From an uncultured Eubacteriales bacterium (GTDB lineage Bacteria > Bacillota > Clostridia > Oscillospirales > CAG-272): a stretch of DNA of 64,000 bases. The stretch spans positions 165 to 64,164 of the forward strand of contig CAKSPO010000005.1 of assembly GCA_934481515.1 (NCBI GenBank), given 5' to 3'. The translations under genes were made by a program, and so were the position numbers. Shown here one piece after another: positions 58,156 to 64,000 of the stretch; position 1 is the stretch's first letter; each line of letters opens with the position of its first letter. The notes under the pieces were generated by a model. It made no database searches, was not told the DNA's origin, and saw nothing but the letters and a program-made list of their open reading frames with translations.

Positions 58156-59388
58156 ATGAAGAAAAAGATCAGAATCAAAAAATGGAATCTGACCTTGTGG
58201 AAAAGCCGGGAGGAGACGGCGGATCTGCGGGAGACGGACGCGGTTGCAATCGGAAGGCATGCCTTCCGGAAGGTACCGGTCGAGGAGGTTTTGCTTCCCC
58301 CCTCACTTTCCGCCATCAAAACGGAGGCGTTTGTTCTTTGCGACCGTTTGAAAACGGTGGTTTTACCGGAGGAAAACAGCGTCGGAATTTCGGTTCGTGC
58401 CTTTGAAGGAAGTGTGCGTCTGCAGGAGGTGCTTCATCCGGAACGGATTTCTTCGGTCGGCGCACGGGCGTTCGCGGAATGCCGGATGCTTCGATCCCTG
58501 CAATTCAGCAGAGAATTGCGCAGAATCGGGGACGAGGCATTTGCGGAATGCCGGTCGATGGAGTCCGTCAACCTTCCCCCTTCGCTTTCCGCCCTTGGAA
58601 GATCCGCTTTCCGCAACTGCACAGAGCTGAAGACCGCAGCGCTGGAGGAGGGACTATCCTTTTTGTCTCCCTATCTGTTCGACGGATGCATTTCACTGAC
58701 AGAGGTGTCGCTGCCTGCTTCCGTGCGGGGAGTTCCGACGGGCGCTTTCCGCAATTGCGCGGCACTGGAAACGCTTTCCGTTCCCGGGACTGTCGCAAGG
58801 ATCGGGAAAAATGCCTTCCGGAGCTGTACAAGACTTTTCGCTCTGACGCTGGGGCTTGGCGTGGAAAGGATTGAAGCAGGTGCATTTTCGGATACCCCGC
58901 GTCTTCGGGAGGTCTTTGTTCCGAGAACGCTCAAAAAGCTTGGATGGCATGCGTTCGGTGACGGAAAGGTGCCGGACGAGGAAAAGATCGTTTTCTTCGC
59001 AGAGAACGAATATATGGAAAAACGATTGCGGCGGATGCTGTTTCTGTGCGGTTCTGCGGGACGCGCACGGGTGGAACGCATCGGAAAAGACCTCGAAACG
59101 CGGAAGCGGGAACGGCGGCGGACAGAGCTGGAGCAAAAGCCGGTGCATCTGATAGAACCGGAAGCAACGCCGGAACCGGAAGCAACGCCGGAACCGGAAG
59201 CAACGCCGGAACCGGAAGCAATGCCGGCACAGGAAGCCGCATCGGCGCCGGGAATGTCGGCTGCACAAAACTCGGACGCGGTGCTGTCGAATGAATCGCG
59301 GCGGATGGAGCCGGAATCGGTTCAGTCAACCATGAACAGACCGGAGCCGAACGACTCGGAGCCGAATTCATCGGAACCGACACCGTAG
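58156..59388 (+). CDS. BspA-type leucine-rich repeat protein with Pro/Glu-rich C-terminal tail
   Basis: ORF from 57955; start placed at MKKKIRIKK (410 aa); repeated IGxxAFxxCxxLxxVxLPxSL units; tail with EATPEP repeats. Confidence 0.8.
   Translation: MKKKIRIKKWNLTLWKSREETADLRETDAVAIGRHAFRKVPVEEVLLPPSLSAIKTEAFVLCDRLKTVVLPEENSVGISVRAFEGSVRLQEVLHPERISSVGARAFAECRMLRSLQFSRELRRIGDEAFAECRSMESVNLPPSLSALGRSAFRNCTELKTAALEEGLSFLSPYLFDGCISLTEVSLPASVRGVPTGAFRNCAALETLSVPGTVARIGKNAFRSCTRLFALTLGLGVERIEAGAFSDTPRLREVFVPRTLKKLGWHAFGDGKVPDEEKIVFFAENEYMEKRLRRMLFLCGSAGRARVERIGKDLETRKRERRRTELEQKPVHLIEPEATPEPEATPEPEATPEPEAMPAQEAASAPGMSAAQNSDAVLSNESRRMEPESVQSTMNRPEPNDSEPNSSEPTP
59155..59226 (+). repeat. 18-bp tandem repeat x4 (EPEATP)
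   Basis: GAACCGGAAGCAACGCCG starts at 59155, 59173, 59191 and 59209. Confidence 0.85.
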
Positions 59389-59589
59389 AATCTCCGAGCC
59401 CTGCCGAACCGACATCATGGCAAAGAAGGTTCCATCGGTTTGATGCGCCGGTACGTTTTGGAAACCGGAAAACTGTTTTTTTTTGCTCCCGGTAAAATTT
59501 CGGTTTGGGCATCTTTTCCGCATCGGTCGGACGATAAAAAATGTTTCTCGGGCGAAGGAATTTTATAAACCTCGCAGGAAGCGCGCACA

Positions 59590-59612
59590 GTAGCGCGGGG
59601 TCACCCCGCCCG
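59590..59612 (+). repeat. REP core, degenerate
   Basis: gtagcgcggggtcaccccgcccg. Confidence 0.55.
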
Positions 59613-59749
59613 TTTCCGAAGAACCCGAACAAACTTTCCGGCGACATTTCCCTCCGCAGGATTCTGTTTTCCCCTGCGGTGCGGCGAATCAAACAACCGG
59701 AACGGCGTTCGCCGGTGCCCCGCTCGATATATCGCGAAAACCGCACAAA

Positions 59750-59789
59750 CGGGCGCGTAAACCCTGCGCAGGCTGCGCCTGCTTCCTGC
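59750..59789 (-). repeat. REP core, long form, degenerate
   Basis: Reverse complement reads gcaggaagcaggcgcagcctgcgcagggtttacgcgcccg. Confidence 0.55.
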
Positions 59790-60053
59790 CGGGCTGGTTG
59801 AAAGGGGAACATTTGTACGACGTCGGAATTTTGTTTTTCATTGCGGTATTCTTTCGGTTTCTGCTGCCGATTTCCGGAAACACGGTCACCGATCGGATGC
59901 TCTTACATAAGATGGTAGGGAACGACGACGGCAGAATCAAGGGAGAAACGCCGGATTCCCCCGGAAAAGGCAATAAAAACGATCAAAAAACCCAAAAATA
60001 GAAAAAAAGGAAAAAACAACTGCTTGGATGACTGCAAAATTGTCAAAATGTCC

Positions 60054-60071
60054 AAAAAGATGCATCTTTTT
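60054..60071. promoter_or_regulatory. 18-bp perfect palindrome upstream of the promoter (possible operator)
   Basis: AAAAAGATGCATCTTTTT, 16 nt upstream of the -35 hexamer. Confidence 0.3.
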
Positions 60072-60087
60072 TGAGCAAATTTTTCAA

Positions 60088-60116
60088 TTGACAAACAAAA
60101 AGCCGGATGCTATAAT
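60088..60116 (+). promoter_or_regulatory. Consensus sigma-A type promoter
   Basis: TTGACA, 17 nt, TATAAT (perfect hexamers). Confidence 0.65.
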
Positions 60117-60122
60117 AATAAT

Positions 60123-60394
60123 GATTCCAAGGGAGACTTTTTTATCCCTTGAGAAAAACCACCGATAGCCGGACGCAGAGGGTCAGGAATCGGGAAAATG
60201 CCTTTTGACAGCACTCCGGACAGCACTCCGGAGCTGTGCTGCGGTTTGCGGAGCCGTATCACAGTGCCATGCTCTGCCCGCGGTCGTGCGGCACGCGACC
60301 GCAAACCGGAACCTGCGGGGATCCGGAATGCAACAAAAGATTTTCCCCGCATGAACTTTTTGTTCTAAAAAAACAAAACAAGGAGAAGAGCACC
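60123..60394 (+). promoter_or_regulatory. Long (~270 nt) structured 5' leader, unclassified
   Basis: Hairpins CAAGGGA..TCCCTTG and CAGCAC..GTGCTG; 10-bp long-range helix CGGTTTGCGG (60242-60251) / CCGCAAACCG (60299-60308) enclosing GCGGTCG..CGACCGC; terminator-like GCGGGGA..TCCCCGC followed by a T-run (60315-60365). Confidence 0.4.
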
Positions 60395-63300
60395 ATGAAG
60401 AAGTTCACGAAGATTCTGGCTTGTGCGCTTGCGATCCTTATGTGCATGTCGGTTGTCATCCTTCCCACTTTTGCGGAAGAAGAGCAGGATGATACCGATT
60501 ATGCAGTCGATGTGGATTTCAGCGGCTACAAGGCAGGGGGAACAATCGTTGCGGACGATAATTTCGCAAGAGTCACGCCGATCAATAAGGTTTTAACCGA
60601 TGAGGACGGCAACAAATTCGTAAGAATTCCTTACGCAGGACATTGTGATGTTGAATCCGGCTCCGGCAATATCACCGGAAACGCGGACACGGCATTCTAT
60701 CCGGCACACAGCAAGCTTTCCTATACGGAAAACAAGTATATGCTGTTCGAGGCTTCCTATCGTTGGGATGTCAAGGACATTAAGCCGCGCGTAGAGTTGC
60801 AGTTCCAGCAGATTCAGGCATACAAGGAAACCACCGATAAGGACGGACAGAAGACGCTGTCTGAGAAGAAGGAGAACGGAAACTGGATCTCCTTCCTGCG
60901 GATTGACTGTTCCACCAATACGCTGACCGGTCTGAAGAACACCACCGGCGCCGGCAAGCTGGACAACACCCAGTGGAACAAGATTCGAGTCATCTTCGAT
61001 ATGGAGCGCGGAACCTATGACGTTTACGTCAACGGGAACCTCTATGCTTACGAGAACTACTTCAACCAGTCTGCTACCGGTGAGGATGCAGGTTGGAGAA
61101 ATGTTACCATTGAAGCCAACAAGCTCATCATCATGAAGTGCAACAAGGGCATCGGCGTTTACTCCGAGAATACCGGATATGCGGATTACGATGTTTATGT
61201 TGACCTGGATGATATCAAAATGTGGCAGCTTTCCGAGGATGATCTGTGCGATGTCAAGCTCAACGGCACGGCAATGAGATTCCTCAAGGGTCAGACCGTT
61301 TCCCTGAAGAAGGACGGCTACACCTTCCGTTATGCAGATATCAAGAATCTGGATACCGATACCACCACCCGTACCTTTACGCCTTCCTTCGTTGCTGACG
61401 CAGGCACGGGCATGGAAGTGGAAGCAACCTACGTAAAGGGTAATTACTACGTTTATGAGGACTGGCAGTACATCACCGACAACAAGGTAGATTCCAATGT
61501 GACCGGCGATAAGCCGGATGCTTCGGCGTATGAGATGATCAAGATTCCTTACACCGATGCAGAAGGCGCTGCACAAGAGGACATCAAGCTGAAGGTTCTC
61601 TTTTCCAAGGCAGGTTGCACGGATTCCGCAAAGGGAACCGGCGGAACCAGCTATGTTGACAAGAACATGGCGGTCAAGAATGAGGGCGTTACCTACGACG
61701 TTACGAGTCTCACCATGAACAGCTCTCACGTCGTCAAGTTCAGAGCGGACTATTACTTCAGCGCAGGCGCAAAGGGACAGATTCAGGGTCAGCTGAAGTC
61801 CTTCATTTCCGACGGAAAGTCTACCATGTGGGGCGGTTTGTTCTACCTCGCTGCAATTGACGGAACCAACATCGCCGTCAGAACCGACAACGGCACCAGA
61901 ACTCCTGCCGCAAAGGTTCCTTCCGAGCAGGGCGGCACGGGTCTTCTGAAGAACGACACCACCTTCACCATTGAGGTTGTTCTGAACCTTGTGACCGGTT
62001 ACTACGATGTGTATGCAATCACCGAAGAGACCAAGGCAGATCCCGAAAATCCGGAAGCTACCGTAACCGAAAAGGTGCGCACGCTGATGGTCGAGAAGGC
62101 AATTCTCAAAGGAAACGGCGTTGCACACGCAACCAACATCACCATTCAGCCCAACTCGCTCCTGATGGCAAAGCTGAACAAGCTGGATAACACCGGCCAT
62201 GTCAATTATGACAAGGATGCGGACGGCAAGAACGATTTCGTGGCAGGCTCTTACTACACCGTGGATAACATCCAGATGGAAGAGGGCGAAAAGGCGACGG
62301 TATGGCTTGATGTCAAGTTTGACGGCGATACCAAGTTCCAGAACAACGGTCAGATCACCTGGTGGGTAGACGATGCTTACTCGCTGGAGCGTGAGGGCTA
62401 TGACATCGTCAAGGCGCAGATCAAGTTCCCGAACCCCGACGGAACCACCGGCGGCACTCCGGAGCAGGATGCAGAAAAGCCGAGAATCGACATCGAGGAT
62501 CCGACCAACTTCCTCTTCAAGAGCGGCTGGGAGACCATCGAGGTTGTTTACACCAATATCATTTCCAGCGAAGATTTCAACGGTTATGAGAGCGGCAAGA
62601 CGCTGACCAAGGAAGACGGGTATGCTTCCGTTCCGAAGTACAACTATATTGAGGAAGAAGCAGACGAGTCCGGCACACCTACCGGCAACAAGTACCTCCA
62701 CATCCCGTTCCAGGGTATGTGCAAGGCTTCCAAGTGGACCTCCGACGGTTCCAACTACAACGGCAACGCGGATACTTCCCTGAAGCTGAGCCACCGCGCA
62801 ATCTCCAAGGATGTCGTTCTGGAGCTGCGTTATCGCCCGCACTTCGTGGATCTCTCCGCTGATGATGCCGGTTATACGTATCCCGGAACCAAGCAGAACC
62901 CGACCGTTGAGGTTCAGTTCGAGAAGGTAACGCACGACGCTTATAAGGATAAAGACGGCAATATTGTGATGGGTAAGGACGGCAAGACTCCTGTCACCAC
63001 TACGGACTACATTTCCCTGTTCCAGATCGACCTGTCCAACGGTGCTCTCGTAAACACTGTCGGTACGGTTGTGGAAGGCGCTGAAGGTCTGAAGAACGAC
63101 GAGTGGAACACCGTCAAGGTGATGATCGACGTCGCAAACGGTACCTACAACACCTATGTCAATGATAAGCTCTATGCAACAAACGGTTACATCAGCAAGG
63201 GCAACACTGATGCAGGTCTGCGCAACATTGTGATCTCGGAGAACTCCCTGATCGTTGCAAAGATGAACAAGAACGTCGGTGCTTACAAGCAGGTTGAGGG

Positions 63301-64000
63301 TGAAAACACCTACCGCGGCGAGGATATCTCCTACATCGATATCGATGAGGCAATCTTCCGCTACAAGAAGCTGCTCAAAGTGACCCTGAACGGTGCTGCT
63401 AAGGCATACAAAGAGGGAACCAAGGTTGATCTGAAGCAGGATGGCTCCATCTTCCTGTTCGCTACCGTTAACGGCAAGCTGACCTTTGATACCGAGTTTG
63501 AGCCGATCGAAGGTATGGAGATCGTAGCCAGCTACATTTCCGACTCCTTCCGCACCTACAGCGAGGCTTCTATCCGCAAGGGCAATCCTTCCGGTATCCG
63601 CTTCGTGACCTACATTGACATCACTGAGATGTCTGTCCTGAGAAACGATACCAACATCAAGGACTTCCGCTATGGCACGCTGATTGCTCCGAAGAGCTAT
63701 GTGGATGCAGCCGGCGAGTTCACGATGAAAGCGCTGGATAAGCTGGAGAAGGTTGGCGACACTGCGATCACCGGCGCGAAGTATGTCACGGTGAACGGCA
63801 CCGCCAAGGGCTACTATGACGGTATTCCGGAAGTAGCAAACACCATGTCTTATGCAGGCTCCCTTGCCAACATCAAGGCAGATCACTATGACTGGGAGTT
63901 CACCGCAGTTGGATTCATCGAATTCAAGCTGGGCGACCAGACCATGACCTTCTATGCAACCTATGAAATGACCGAAGGCACCGAAGAGAAGCCTGCTGAG
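60395..64000 (+). CDS. Large secreted protein, 5' partial (>1202 aa), three paralogous lectin/LamG-like modules
   Basis: Not in the supplied ORF track because there is no stop in the window. ATG at 60395 after AGGAGA gives MKKFTKILACALAILMCMSVVILPTFA (signal peptide). My hand translation of most of the frame to base 64000 met no stop. Three modules each end in a W-N-K/T-V/I..D...GTYD/NVYVN.. motif. Confidence 0.8.
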   Translation, partial: MKKFTKILACALAILMCMSVVILPTFAEEEQDDTDYAVDVDFSGYKAGGTIVADDNFARVTPINKVLTDEDGNKFVRIPYAGHCDVESGSGNITGNADTAFYPAHSKLSYTENKYMLFEASYRWDVKDIKPRVELQFQQIQAYKETTDKDGQKTLSEKKENGNWISFLRIDCSTNTLTGLKNTTGAGKLDNTQWNKIRVIFDMERGTYDVYVNGNLYAYENYFNQSATGEDAGWRNVTIEANKLIIMKCNKGIGVYSENTGYADYDVYVDLDDIKMWQLSEDDLCDVKLNGTAMRFLKGQTVSLKKDGYTFRYADIKNLDTDTTTRTFTPSFVADAGTGMEVEATYVKGNYYVYEDWQYITDNKVDSNVTGDKPDASAYEMIKIPYTDAEGAAQEDIKLKVLFSKAGCTDSAKGTGGTSYVDKNMAVKNEGVTYDVTSLTMNSSHVVKFRADYYFSAGAKGQIQGQLKSFISDGKSTMWGGLFYLAAIDGTNIAVRTDNGTRTPAAKVPSEQGGTGLLKNDTTFTIEVVLNLVTGYYDVYAITEETKADPENPEATVTEKVRTLMVEKAILKGNGVAHATNITIQPNSLLMAKLNKLDNTGHVNYDKDADGKNDFVAGSYYTVDNIQMEEGEKATVWLDVKFDGDTKFQNNGQITWWVDDAYSLEREGYDIVKAQIKFPNPDGTTGGTPEQDAEKPRIDIEDPTNFLFKSGWETIEVVYTNIISSEDFNGYESGKTLTKEDGYASVPKYNYIEEEADESGTPTGNKYLHIPFQGMCKASKWTSDGSNYNGNADTSLKLSHRAISKDVVLELRYRPHFVDLSADDAGYTYPGTKQNPTVEVQFEKVTHDAYKDKDGNIVMGKDGKTPVTTTDYISLFQIDLSNGALVNTVGTVVEGAEGLKNDEWNTVKVMIDVANGTYNTYVNDKLYATNGYISKGNTDAGLRNIVISENSLIVAKMNKNVGAYKQVEGENTYRGEDISYIDIDEAIFRYKKLLKVTLNGAAKAYKEGTKVDLKQDGSIFLFATVNGKLTFDTEFEPIEGMEIVASYISDSFRTYSEASIRKGNPSGIRFVTYIDITEMSVLRNDTNIKDFRYGTLIAPKSYVDAAGEFTMKALDKLEKVGDTAITGAKYVTVNGTAKGYYDGIPEVANTMSYAGSLANIKADHYDWEFTAVGFIEFKLGDQTMTFYATYEMTEGTEEKPAE

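Larger units (their letters stand above)
59575..59800. repeat. Degenerate REP-like block R8
   Basis: Eroded cores at 59590 (plus) and 59750 (minus, long form), with a recognisable ..CCGGAACGGCGTTCGCCGG.. spacer remnant. Confidence 0.6.

Noticed and set aside
60123-60394. c-di-GMP-I (GEMM) riboswitch in the leader of the secreted-protein gene
   Set aside because: Only a short GGACGCAGAGGG resemblance to the GGGACGCAAAGCC core. The tetraloop/receptor hairpin pair is not evident. It is kept as an unclassified structured leader, not called as GEMM.

Overview
Origin-of-replication neighbourhood of a high-G+C Firmicute chromosome. It looks Clostridia/Oscillospiraceae-like from gene content, but that taxonomic call is inference only.

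Gene content, minus strand (all ~32 CDS from 0.9 to 42.4 kb):
- From 13.8 kb downwards: dnaA, a DnaA-box cluster (oriC), dnaN, recF, remB, gyrB, mreC, mreD, gyrA, a lipoprotein.
- Further right: an orphan GldF/GldG-like membrane protein; an xpt plus BMP-family ABC uptake operon; a low-G+C sugar-isomerase islet with a decayed oxidoreductase gene; an AraC regulator; serS; parB-parA; a 1.1-kb gene-free gap with three parS sites; rsmG-mnmG; ahcY; a NERD-domain two-gene cassette; a HAD phosphatase; a PocR/AraC regulator.

Gene content, plus strand (from 42.4 kb):
- FAD-oxidoreductase/discoidin protein, GH20-like protein, an 1849-aa membrane-anchored repeat protein, acyl-ACP thioesterase, a BspA-type LRR protein, and a >1200-aa secreted triple-module protein that runs off the window.
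- valS, with a T-box leader, and a small membrane protein are the only minus-strand genes here.

The most unusual signal is non-coding. Eight intergenic blocks (about 4.6 kb, ~7% of the window by my coordinates) are built from a GTAG-headed G/C hairpin (24 copies), conserved inverted doublets and 40-44-nt tandem hairpin units. This is a REP/REPIN/BOX-like modular repeat family. It splits mreC from mreD and sits inside the oriC spacer.

No rRNA, tRNA, CRISPR, transposase, integrase or phage gene was seen. The very long ORFs antisense to real genes are codon-aligned shadows and were rejected. Short-motif coordinates were counted by eye and may be off by 1-2 nt.
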